DNA from: Lama guanicoe
Lineage: Eukaryota
Reading direction: 5' to 3'
Assembly (NCBI GenBank): GCA_013239625.1
Contig: MU056050.1
Coordinates: 6,023,366 to 6,087,365, forward strand
Length of the DNA stretch: 64,000 nt
Position 1 is the stretch's first letter; each line of letters begins with the position of its first letter. This document shows, in pieces, positions 1 through 10,449 of the stretch. The notes below the pieces were generated by a model. It did no database searches and was not told the DNA's origin. It saw only the letters and a program-made list of their open reading frames with translations. The translations under genes were made by a program, and so were the position numbers.

Positions 1-239
1 TAAAGTAGGCAAGGAAATGAGCCCAGTGTGTAAGGGAGCTGGTGGACACGGCTGGCATGGCATGACAGTGTAACAATTCCTGATGAGACTCCATCAAGCA
101 CTAAAAGCATCTTCATGTACAGAATGTAGCTCCTGAGGGCTTGGAGTGAGTGCGGCAGGCAAGCATCCATGTACTATGAATATGCCTCGAGGACTTCTAC
201 ATCCTTTGCCTAGATCCATCCACCCCTTGTTAGTATCTT

Positions 240-515
240 CTTGGTCCTCAGGCCTCAGCCTAAATGTCACCCAATGCCAAGAGGCCTATCTAGAGAAGCT
301 CCTCCACCAATGTTCCTCACCTTAGCTTTCATAGCACTTCTTGTGATTTGTAATTTTATAAATACATTCATTTTGCCTACACCTCCATATGCTTATATTC
401 TCTATGTACTTAGAATACAGTGAGTGCCAGGGAAGACCTGCCTATGTCTACTTCACTCACCACTGTATCCTCTACAGGACCATACAAAATTGGTGCTCAG
501 AACATTAAGGTAAAT
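240..515 (+). mobile_element. L2 LINE 3' remnant
   Basis: ctcagcctaaatgtcacc ... cttcactcaccactgtatcc ... ggtgctca pattern of L2 3' ends. Confidence 0.6.
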
Positions 516-519
516 GATT

Positions 520-740
520 ATGAGACAGTATGGCAGAGCCAAAACACAGGAAATTTCAAATCAGGTGATCAGGGTTCCAGTTTTAGCTGAGCCTTTTACC
601 AGCTGCATAACATCTGACAAACTGCTTAATCTGAGCCTCCGTTTTCTTTTTTAAATATAAAATAAAGTCACCTACTTCACAACACTGAAAGAAAAATTAT
701 GAATGTGCAAATTGGTAAAATGAAGTCCTGTACAAATGTG
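520..740 (+). mobile_element. MIR SINE
   Basis: Degenerate MIR core (cttaatctgagcctccgtttt ... cctacttcac). Confidence 0.6.
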
Positions 741-775
741 AATTATTATATGAGGCACCTAGAACAAGTATCTAC

Positions 776-909
776 CTCTGCTTTCTCTCTAGCACGCCCA
801 CCACGGGCACAAGAAAACCCCACCAGTCACGCTGCTTGCTGAATGCTCATCTCTGAGGCAAAATACAAAACCACTATGAACCTTCAGTGCAGGCATTTGA
901 CCTCATTAC
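776..909 (-). pseudogene. Transmembrane-like exon, frameshifted
   Basis: Acceptor ccttactttctgccag| and donor AG|gtagat. Hydrophobic pieces RFIVVLYFASEMSI and ASSVTGGVFLCPWWAC*RESR lie in adjacent frames. Confidence 0.35.
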
Positions 910-1647
910 CTGGCAGAAAGTAAGGTCCTAAAACAGTGGGCTCAGGGGAGCTGGTCTCAGGAAGAGGGGAGACAAGAGGAGAATCTTAAAATGCTTTAAG
1001 CTCAGAAGACTTTTAAAGAATAAACACAGGCCAAGGGGAGGGGGCCTAGTGGAGCCACTACACAGAGTTATTAGGCAGAGGGAAGACACAGAAAGGGGAG
1101 GGGTTGAAGCACCAGCTACAAACTTTCTCTCCTTGGCCTGTGTATATCTCAGGGACGTTTGACTTTACAGAATCCATGTGCTGGAGAGTGGGGAGGGAAG
1201 CCTGAGAGCAGGAAACGGACGCCAGGGGAGCTGTACTTAATCATAATAACCATTAGTATTGACTTTGGTGCCATCTTAAAGGAGCCATTTGTTATAAGAA
1301 CCAATAGTCAAAACCCCAAGTCAGCCAGGCTTTGTCTTATGAGCTCTAAAAATAATGGTATTTTGCTGTTCATCTGTTTTAATTTTCCAAATTCAAATGC
1401 AATTTGAGATCAATTCAAAAATTGATCTCTTTCCTCTAAACAAAGAGACGTTAAAAGGAGAAAGGAAGGAAGGACAGACAGACTCGGCTTTTCAGTGTGT
1501 CACATGACAATACCCAAAAAGCAGGAACCCAAGGCAGTAATTATTCCCCTAACTGAAGAAGCATGGAAGGAAAATGGGTGAGAATTATGACCCCACATGA
1601 ACAATACATAAAACCTCTCCAGAGCTTGAGGCTAGCAAATCACTTAC

Positions 1648-1668
1648 CTACAGCTTCAACAATGACAT
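1648..1668 (-). pseudogene. 21-nt phase-1 microexon with AC in place of the AG acceptor
   Basis: ccttaac tgtgtgtttcttcttttttac|ATGTCATTGTTGAAGCTGTAG|gtaagt. Perfect donor and strong pyrimidine tract; the only stop-free frame is xVIVEAV. Confidence 0.5.
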
Positions 1669-1909
1669 GTAAAAAAGAAGAAACACACAGTTAAGGTCAA
1701 TTGGCTCCTAGTTTTTAAGCCATCACCACATCTTCACCAGCCCCACCCAAAGCCATTCTGCACCTCTGGCTGGCAAACGTCTACGCAAAATTAAGAGCTG
1801 TTTGCTCCTTTTCAAGCAGCTTGAAAACAAAGTAGCAATAGTTGAGTGATCTTACAGTTACAAGTTTGGGAAAGGTCAGTAGATTGCTTTCCAGCCAGGC
1901 CTCGTGAGG

Positions 1910-2224
1910 GTGGACGGAGCTGGTGGCGGGGAGGGGGTGAGTATATGATGTGAAGTTGGAGAAGCAGGTAGAATCTGGGGCACTCCGGGCCTCATGAGCT
2001 CTGAAAACTCAGCTTGGATTTGATTCCAAGGACACTGGGGAGTCCCTTCTGGGTTTACCAGTCTGGCTTCTGAGATTTGCCTTTGGGCCCCCTCATTTCC
2101 CCTCACCTTGCTTCTTTCTAAAGTGAACGATGCCTGGTTTTCACTGTCCCAGAGAACTGCTTGATCTACAGTGGTCTAGAACCATCCATCCTGTGCTGTC
2201 ACTGCCCCTCCCCAATCTCACCCT
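1910..2224. repeat. Left arm of 315-bp inverted repeat
   Basis: Reverse complement of 2974-3288. The ORF track gives identical peptides on opposite strands (MRGNEGAQ..., MPGFHCPR...). Confidence 0.97.
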
Positions 2225-2544
2225 GGTATGGTCACCACAATCTGAGGTCTGGCACTCTGCTTTACAGGACCTCGGTTCTGCAACCTTCCCCAGCCTCCAG
2301 GGACTGCTTCACAGGAGCCAAACTCAGACTGATGACCTGGACCACCAAGGTATGAATAGATGATGGGAGGATGGACCCAACAACCAAAATACTTGGGCCC
2401 ACTAGCCCAGTCTCCAGAAAAGAAATGACACTCATTTCTAAAAAGGGGAAAATAAACATCAACAGCATCCATTTATGTCTAGGCTCGTAGCTTCACTTAA
2501 TTCTTTGGGCGTGGATTTTCTGGCGGAACCAGAAGAATTCTTAC

Positions 2545-2932
2545 CGCACTACAGAGACTGCTTTTCTAAGGACTAAAAGCTTCCACAGAGTCTGTCTCTT
2601 GGACGTGGAGAAATCCCAGAGCTCTAACACCTTTTTCAAAATTCCTTATGAGACACCACCAGCGTCCCTCATCCTGACATCTGCTCATGAAGCACACGCT
2701 GCAGTGACCGATACTGCAGGGGCTCTGCCGTGACTGCCCTCCAGATGGACGCCTTCCTGGGGACATCGCCCTGCCTGGCGTTCAGACCCGCCCCCGCCCG
2801 CGGCTGCACCTTCACTGTCTGTCGCTGCTGCAAGATACAGCGCTCATCCCCTCCAGGAAGATTCATGTTGCCTTTCATCTCGGGGGGAGTCATTTTCTGG
2901 CCTGATTTCCCAATTCTGGGTGTGCCCCTCTG
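2545..2932 (-). pseudogene. Degenerate Ig-domain exon
   Basis: Acceptor ttgttctcag| and donor G|gtaaga. One frame contains FLEGMSAVSC, then V* 16 codons after the Cys (position of the Ig Trp), then GHCSV and DEGRWWC. The two Cys are 59 codons apart. In-frame stops are present. Confidence 0.55.
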
Positions 2933-2973
2933 CTGAGAACAATGATGAGTTCCCACTCAGAGCCAGGGCAGGG

Positions 2974-3288
2974 AGGGTGAGATTGGGGAGGGGCAGTGAC
3001 AGCACAGGATGGATGGTTCTAGACCACTGTAGATCAAGCAGTTCTCTGGGACAGTGAAAACCAGGCATCGTTCACTTTAGAAAGAAGCAAGGTGAGGGGA
3101 AATGAGGGGGCCCAAAGGCAAATCTCAGAAGCCAGACTGGTAAACCCAGAAGGGACTCCCCAGTGTCCTTGGAATCAAATCCAAGCTGAGTTTTCAGAGC
3201 TCATGAGGCCCGGAGTGCCCCAGATTCTACCTGCTTCTCCAACTTCACATCATATACTCACCCCCTCCCCGCCACCAGCTCCGTCCAC
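2974..3288. repeat. Right arm of 315-bp inverted repeat
   Basis: Reverse complement of 1910-2224; 749-bp spacer at 2225-2973. Confidence 0.97.
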
Positions 3289-3566
3289 ACTGACCTCCTT
3301 TATGTTCCTTCGACCTGCCAATCCATTCCCACCTGGAGTCTGCGAGCCTGTGTTCCTCCTGCCCGGGACCCTCCTCTCCTCTCTCCTTGCCTGGCCAAGG
3401 CCTTCCCACCACTCAGGGGTCAGCCCAATGCCAGCTCCTCTTCTGCTGCCCTTGCTACTCATGTTGCCCAGCCCCTCAGCCACTCTCTCCCCCATCACCA
3501 TGTTCTATTTTCTCCTTGGCACTTAACCTGACATTATATTACTTCTTCTTTACTGTCTGGATTTTC
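3262..3566 (-). pseudogene. Ig-sized exon-like segment, decayed
   Basis: Branch-like ctctgac, pyrimidine run and aaag| acceptor; donor G|GTGAGT (3261-3256); 305 nt. Fragments VKCQGENRTW*W and RLADSRWEWIGR lie in different frames. Confidence 0.4.
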
Positions 3567-3749
3567 CTTTGTAAGAGACAGGTCAGAGAACCAAAGTAGG
3601 AGAGACTGAAGAACTGCAAGTCAGACCAGTTAACAGGTTGGTTGTAGGAAGAGACAAATGCTGGAGGAATGAGCAGACTGGGTGAACGTCAACGGGCCAG
3701 GGTCAATGTGCCTGGGCTCTCTGCTTGGTAGCAGCCCCCCTGCACATAC

Positions 3750-4095
3750 GGCTCCCTGCCTCCTATCTCCGTGGAGGGAGGGATGACTGCTTCAGTGCAT
3801 AGGAGGCAACAGTATTAGAATCCCACACTTGGTCCTCTTCAAAGTAGGAAAAGCAAACGTTAGTTGGGCAACATTAACAGCAGGTTTTTAGAGTTACTTC
3901 ACTGAAAGGATTAGATGGGCCTGTCTCTTTTCTCTCTAGCACTTTCCCAGCTTCTGAACTCCATTCTGCTGGCCCATCTGGGTGGGGATTCTCAATTACA
4001 AAAGAAATTCTCCGTTCTTCTGCCTCGAAGCCTGTCATTTGGGATAGTCAGAAGCCCCATTCTGTCTCCTGCCTACCCCATACCCTCTGGTCCAT
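3750..4095 (-). pseudogene. Ig-sized exon-like segment, heavily decayed
   Basis: Acceptor ttctctgttccag| and donor |gtatgt; 346 nt. Only weak Ig hints (AGDRMGL, NLLLMLPN, YCC) and several stops. Confidence 0.35.
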
Positions 4096-5924
4096 CTGGA
4101 ACAGAGAATCTGGTGTTTTGGATAGGCAGGACATAATAGAATGTGCGGACTTCGATCACTGAGGTATTTATCTTGGCTCTGCCACCTATTGAGTGACCTT
4201 GGATAAATCATTTAATATCTGTCCCTTAATTTTCTCCTCTATAAAACAGCAATATTAATAACATCAACTTCATAGGGTTGATACAAGGATTAAATACTGT
4301 GATATGAAATAGCTACCTTAAGTTTTATCATTAACAAGGGTTACTAAAGGTATGACAGTGATCTACGTCTAATTCCTTGTGTTTGTTGTCAACTGGTTAG
4401 AGCCAAGCAGGGTAAACAGATGAGCCTCACAAATCTCTGACATGGCCTGGAAAACTTAGGGAATAAACACAAGAGTGGTGTGTGGGAACTAAAGTACAAT
4501 ATTAAGAATCCAAAGCTTTTGGTGGGCCTTACCAGCACTGGTGTTCGGAGCCTTACATAGGGATTCACCTAGCATCCTCAAAGTTTGGGTCTGGGGCCAT
4601 GATTTGCAGCTAAAGAGCTTGATTTGGGGTGTCTGAGGCCTTACAGGGATTTAGCCTTGGGAAAGAGCCAGGTGAGCTTCAGAGTCTAGAGAAACACTCT
4701 GGGGCACCTTGACTATAAAGGTGGCAGAATTCCCTGAGCATGAGAATTCCCTGGGAAAGGGGCAAGGTCCTTACTAGAGGCAAACAAGCTGGTGTAACCA
4801 TCACTTGATCCCTAGTATGTGAGAGTAGTTAACAGGCTCAGCCTTTTTTGTTTAGGGGGATTCCTCCTCTGCTCTATTTCTCAGCTAGGACTGCAGTCCA
4901 AGGTTTTAGACCACAACAGTAGCTGGATTCTTTGTGAGTTAAAGTGCAGGCATGTGGGATTCGGGGCTTTTAAAATTTTAGTACTGGTTCATTAGATAGA
5001 ATTTGGGGCAGCTGATGTAATGCTAGCTCACTTGATCTTGTCTGAAATAGCATACAGAACCAAGGAGGAAGACTTAGAGGGACAAACTTTGGGTATGTTT
5101 GGAAGGTCCAGTTTCCCTGGAATCTCTGCTCCACCTCCACTCAACCTATTCAGGAGGATGTGAACGTGTTCTTTTGTAATTAACTGGGAATAAGCAGTCT
5201 TTTTCTAATAGGTCTATCAAGGGGCCTGACATCATAGAAGTGAAGGATGGCCACTTACTGACAATGTCTCTTCCCCATTCTCCTACTTTTCCCATTTTTC
5301 TTTGAAGTCCCTGTTGTCTTCTTATTCTACAGACCCTAAACTGTGAATATTCCCAGTATTTTGCATTGTTTACTTTGCCCTTGTCCCACCCACACTCAGT
5401 AGACTCATCCCACTGCCAAAACTTCAGCTCTCTCCTCCAAGCAGATGATTCACTTACAGGATCCTACCTCCAAGTGTATTTCAGATTCATACTTCACAAA
5501 TTCTATGTGCAGTGCTGTGTGGTTAAGGGCGGGGAAATCTGATTTCTAGCCTTTGCCAATTTCCATGCTGTCAATACCCCCAACCACGGCCAATTTCAAG
5601 CTGTCATTATGAGGTCACTGAACACGGAGTTAAGAGATGTTATACAATCACTGTGGCCACAGGTGACCTTCACTTGGACATTCTGCTTTCACCTCAAACT
5701 CATATCCAAAGATGAGCATCTCCCCACAAAACTTCTCTTCCAAGTCACCTTTGCTCTGTCCATGGTACCCATCAGAAGGAGCTAGCAGTTCCCAGGTTTC
5801 CCTGTGGCAGCTTCCACTAGGATAACATACACGGCCTCTCTGTGACCCCTCATCCTCAAGGCATGACTTTGCTTATTGGCAAGACTCATGAACAAACTGT
5901 TGAACTCATTTCTTACTGTGCCAA

Positions 5925-6115
5925 AGGTTGGCCAACTCCAGACTGAGAATCAAATTCCAGCCCACCGCCTGGTTTTGTAACTAAGGTCGTATTGGAACAC
6001 GGCTACACTTGTCCTTCACCTACTGTCTACAGCTGCTTTCACACCTCAACAAGGGGGCCAAGTAGCTATGACCAAGACCAGCCACACAGCCTGCAAAGTA
6101 TTAGCAGTCTGCTCT
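5925..6115 (+). mobile_element. MER58-like hAT-Charlie MITE
   Basis: ggttggccaact ... cagcccaccgcctggttttgta ... tattggaacacggctac resembles MER58. Confidence 0.65.
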
Positions 6116-6571
6116 TGCTCGATCAATCCTCCTGTACCACCACTTTTATCATGCTGCTTAAGAACTTATAATGGCCACCTACTGCCTGCGAAATAAAGTT
6201 TATTTCTGTGCAAACAAGGGAAGGGAGATTGTTTGGGGCAGGGGGATTTTGTTGCTACTTCTTAGAACTTTCAATTCTCTTTGAAAACAGGGATACACTT
6301 AATAATGGAAGGAGGGTTTTAGTGTTGACATTTTCTGGGTGGAGGCCAACTTGGGGCAATGTGTACATTGTTAAATTGTCTCTGAAGAGGGTGTTCTAGC
6401 ATAGCTGTGTATGAAAAAGATAAGAAATCGAAAATTCAAGGCAGCTTTCTGAGTTTGGTCAATTTCATAGAAGTAACCCCCCGTGTGGACCAATTTCAGA
6501 TGCTTTAGGGGAAGGGACACACACGAAAGCGACATTCACAGAAGATTCAAGGGCCTCAATTCCCATCTCAC

Positions 6572-6818
6572 GGGGCCCAGGTGGCAAGGATTAGAAAGGC
6601 AGATTGACAGGTGCAGAGGTAGGATTGGGACTTTCCACTGAGGTCTTTCATGAAGAGAAAGAGCAACTCTCCTGGGTAACAAAAGGCTGGACTGTTAACC
6701 CTTCTGTGTAAACAGAGCAACAAACTGGTGTAGTAGTGGCTTTGCCCTATCACCAAAGCAGAAGGCAGCCTCTCTCTCTATCTTCTCTAAGTCTACATTA
6801 TAGAAGTTCTTGTTAAGG
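6572..6818 (-). pseudogene. Degenerate Ig V-like exon
   Basis: Acceptor ctcattttcactctcag| and donor |gtgaga. The 3' half reads RVNSPAFCYPGELLFLFMKDLSGKSQSYLC, resembling the V-set D-E-F strand pattern R..G..L.I..L...(D)S..Y.C. A frameshift separates the two halves. Confidence 0.5.
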
Positions 6819-7344
6819 CTGAGAGTGAAAATGAGGGTCCAAGAAACCAATTGATCCACCGTGTTAGAAGGTACAACTTTCGGTGGAGGAGAAAAGGGAT
6901 TATGTACATAAATAGACTAAGAGACATGCTCTTTCCATTGCTTCTGGCTTGGAATGGTCTTCTTCAAGTACCTAACGGGAAGGACTCTTATCACTTGTAA
7001 GGCTCAACAGGACCACGGTTGAGCCCCAGGTAAAGAGACCTAGCAAGGACAAAGAAGGCCAGATCTGCTCTAGACTTTAGGAAGAAGGGTTCTATCTTCT
7101 TTTGGCTTTGTTTTTTCTATGCTGCATTTTCCAAGGGTGAGGATGATATGGAGAATCAAAACCAAGGTTTGGCCCTCGGGGGAAAAAATTTAGAGGCTAT
7201 TTGGTCTGCTTCTGGTCTAGATCACAGGCACAAAGGACGGAATTAGTCCTTTCCAATATAAGAGATCTGGTTAATAAACCAGAGGAGCAGCTTACAAAGG
7301 GGTTACAAGAGCCTAGCCAGGAGTAGTACTGCTCAAACAGAGGA

Positions 7345-7585
7345 AGTATGGCTTGATGGTTAAGTTCAAGTTCTCTGGAGCCAGACTGCCTGAGTTCATT
7401 TTCCAGCCCTGCTTCTTAACTAGCTATGCGACCTTGGGTAAGTTTCTTAGCATCCCTGAATCTGTTTCCTCAACTAAAGTGGAGAGACTAACAGTTCCAG
7501 TTTCATGAGGTTGTTTTGAGGATTAAATAAAGTCATTCTTGTCAATGCTGTAGAACCATGCACTCAATAAATGTCACCTGTTATT
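7345..7585 (+). mobile_element. MIR SINE
   Basis: tggttaag ... ctctggagccagactgcctgagttc ... gaccttgggtaagtttctt ... gaggattaaat ... ctcaataaatgt. Confidence 0.85.
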
Positions 7586-8099
7586 ATAGAACAATGTGTC
7601 TTCCCGGCTAGAGATAGTCCTTGGCAGATGTAGCAGCAGAGCTGCAGCCACAAGGTCTGGGAGGTTGTACTCCTAGTTGCATAGAGACTTGAGCATCAGT
7701 CTGCCAGCCAAGTCCACCTCCTTACTGCTCCTTTCTCACCTTCTCAGTTCTACCCTTGCTATCTCAGTCCCTGCCGCCAAAAATGCCTTCCCCCTCCTTT
7801 CTCTCTACCTATCCAACCCCAGCACAATTCTACCTCCTACAATACCAGTGTACTTACAATCAATACTAAGCAATTTACCACTTAATTGTTCTTTAATCCT
7901 TCCATGATGCCTACAGTAATCACTCCTAAAAATTCAAATATTAAATGTCATGTTAAGAGGAAAATCATCATCTAGCTCATAGTAGGTGCTCAACGTATGG
8001 GCTCTCTGGAAAGAGGCTAGAGAAGTATGCAAACATGCCTCCGCAGTAGGTCATTATCAGCCATTAGTAAACCACTTGGCATTACAACCTGGTGATTTG

Positions 8100-8330
8100 T
8101 AGACAGGGGCTCCAGTGTCAGACAACCTAGGTTTGAATCCCAGCTCCCGTGCTTGCTAGCGGTGGGATCTTAGACAAGTCACTTAAACCCCTCTGGGCCT
8201 TGAGTTCTTCATCTGTAGAATGGCTATAATAGGAAAAATCAACTTCAGAGGGTTGTTGGGTGGGAATGAATGAATTTGTATTTAGCAGAAGGCCTCTAAG
8301 TATCAGATTACATTGTGTCGGTTGTTAATG
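8100..8330 (+). mobile_element. MIR SINE
   Basis: gtttgaatcccagctcc ... caagtcacttaaaccc ... ttcttcatctgtagaatgg. Confidence 0.8.
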
Positions 8331-8586
8331 CTAATGTAAATTGCTTTATCAAATTGAGTGAACGGGACCTCCTATAAATAAAACACAGACAATATACATT
8401 CTGATAGAAGGAATTGCTAACAAAAAAAGGGGGGGGGGTCATCAAAGCATGGGGTCAGGCATGGGAAAGGGACAGCCCAGGAGAGGAACTGTAGGGAGGG
8501 GCCCAGGGGCCTATGAGAAGCCATACTATGAAAGAGGACTCCTAAGTTTGGAGCACTCAACACAAACTTCAGCCTCTCAAGTTTAC

Positions 8587-8638
8587 CTTAGGCTGGTTCT
8601 CAGTGACTCGAGTACTCTTGTCTGGCCCAAGTTGTGCT
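8587..8638 (-). pseudogene. 52-nt exon-like segment
   Basis: Strong acceptor ctcttctctttcttag| and donor AAG|gtaaac. Reads (E)HNLGQTRVLESLRTSL without a stop in the leader frame and joins the open frame at the start of the next exon. Confidence 0.55.
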
Positions 8639-9145
8639 CTAAGAAAGAGAAGAGCTAACACTGCATTTCTGAAAGACTCCCATTTGGTTTATTAAGTAAT
8701 TAACTTCCTGATGCACAGAGGACAAAGCACTGACGGGACTTCTGAAGCCAATTAAAGCCCAAATGACTGGATTGCTGCAAAGAATGGGTTCACAGGGAAA
8801 AGCCTCCCCTTTCTGATGCTACCTCCCACCAATATACTAATTAGGCTGGGGAGAGAAAGAGCGGATGGCGAGGCAGCAAGGAAATGCCAACCTGAAAGAG
8901 GTAGGAGGTCTGGGAGCCAAAAGGAAATTAGGAAAAGCTCAGACTCTCCCTCAGTAAGTGTTAAGCAGAAACAAGACAAGCCCAAAGCACCAGATCTGAC
9001 CCTCCACTGGACCCAGAGCACCGCCCCTCTACAGAGGCCCAGAGCCAACTTGTGCTGCTCTATCACGTGGGTTACCCTTGGAACCCCAGACTGGCCTCCC
9101 TGAGTCTCTGAATATTCCCGAGAGGCCCAGGCCATTGGGACTCAC

Positions 9146-9227
9146 CAGATAGCCATTCTAATGTTAACACAAATCAAGCACAGCACAGAAGACGAAGCCC
9201 CCAAAGTGAGCGAGCTGGGCTGGTCAT
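9146..9227 (-). pseudogene. Signal-peptide-like first coding exon with an in-frame stop
   Basis: ATG at 9227-9225; 82 nt translating MTSPARSLWGLRLLCCA*FVLTLEWLS plus 1 nt; consensus phase-1 donor G|GTGAGT (9145-9140); TGA at 9176-9174. Confidence 0.6.
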
Positions 9228-9277
9228 AAGCCAGAATTTTATTCCATTTTTGTGTTATTTGAAACTGTCTTTTAAAT

Positions 9278-9343
9278 TGTGCTGTACACCAGAAATTGAC
9301 ACAACATTGCAAACTGACTGTACCTTAATAAAAAAAAATAAAA
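9278..9343 (+). mobile_element. Very short 5'-truncated L1 3' end with poly(A) and TSD
   Basis: gctgtacaccagaaattgacacaacattg ... aataaaaaaaaa, flanked by tgaaactgtctt at 9260-9271 and 9344-9355; same tail as the L1s at 35.1 kb and 43.0 kb. Confidence 0.85.
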
Positions 9344-10449
9344 TGAAACTGTCTTCTAGATACATGTTGTTCTTCCCCACCGACCTGAAAGCTCAAACTG
9401 CGGAACCATCCCTCACCCATTTCTCTGTTCTCTATTCCCCACTAGTGCCTAGCACAGTGCTTACATCAAGTAAGTGCTCAGTGATGTTTGTTGAATTGAA
9501 ATATGTTTGCATCTCAAAAATGGCTAAGGACAGGAGAGGAACAGAACTAGGAAGAGTTTCTGATCATCTGCAGTAACATTCCTTCTCTTTGTGGATTTTC
9601 TGCTCAATTACCTTGACTAAAGAGCACCGGGCACGCCAACAACGATTTCCCAAGATGTGTGACAAGCTACACAAGCAATACAATGCATTGGGACCTAGAT
9701 TTCCTTATGTTTCCCCACAGTCAATAATCGCCTAACTCTCTGAAAAAGCATTCTCTAGCAAAGAAAGAGACATATAAATTTTTAACTTTTTTTTTAAATC
9801 ATGAGATTCAGCTTTAGGTACCATGTAATTTGAGGCAGGCAGTGTTGTCTAGTAGAAAGAGCACAGATTTCGATGTGTATGACCTTGAGTAAGTTACTCT
9901 GAGCTTCTGATTCCTACCTGTAAAATGGCAGATTAACAGACCTTACACTTCATAGGATTTTGAGGTTTTATCAAGTTCACACTTCTAATGCACTTAGAAA
10001 AATGCCTGACAATAGTAAGCGCTTAGTAAATTTCAGCAGGTATTTTTATGATGATTAAGTTAAGCAAGATGAAGCATGTAGAACAAGGGTCACAGCTCTT
10101 ACCTAATTAGGACTCAAATATGTTTGGGTACATCTGGAACAATCTTTAAAGAACCCTAAAGAAAGCTATTTCTGCCTCAGGTTCTTAAGAAAGCTCCTGG
10201 AGAACTGTAGTACAGGAAGGAATCAGACACATTGACCTTGATCAAGAGATAGAGCGGGTAAAATAGCTCCAGCATCAGGGATCCCGAGGACAGTGTGATG
10301 CCTGCCACTTGGGTCTGCTTCCTAGCTCAGTCCCACATATCCTATGTCTGAGTAGGGAGGACTGAAACAGGTAAGGACACTGTTTACTAGAGTGTTACTA
10401 GAAGCTGTAAGGGAAGGACAGGCGTTGAGCTAAGTAACTTTCAGAGGCA

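Larger units (their letters stand above)
776..9227 (-). pseudogene. Putative decayed Ig-superfamily type I membrane protein gene (leader, small exon, up to 4 Ig-like exons, microexon, TM-like exon); probably continues left of the window
   Basis: Eight co-oriented exon-like segments with minus-strand splice signals, in the order expected for an IgSF receptor. Partial Ig motifs are seen in translation, with multiple stops and frameshifts. Family not identified. Confidence 0.55.

Noticed and set aside
910..927. Alternative 18-nt microexon (ttttag|GACCTTACTTTCTGCCAG|gtaatg, GPYFLP)
   Set aside because: Its own pyrimidine tract is weak, and the 18 nt read better as the acceptor of the TM-like exon 909-776. 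Not fully excluded.
3092..3526. 144-aa plus-strand ORF with a hydrophobic stretch, the longest in the track
   Set aside because: Non-ATG start, half of it is the inverted-repeat arm, no recognisable domain, and it is antisense to the better-supported exon structure.
4340..4990. Possible ancient LTR
   Set aside because: Vaguely LTR-like composition only; no termini, TSD or family I can support.
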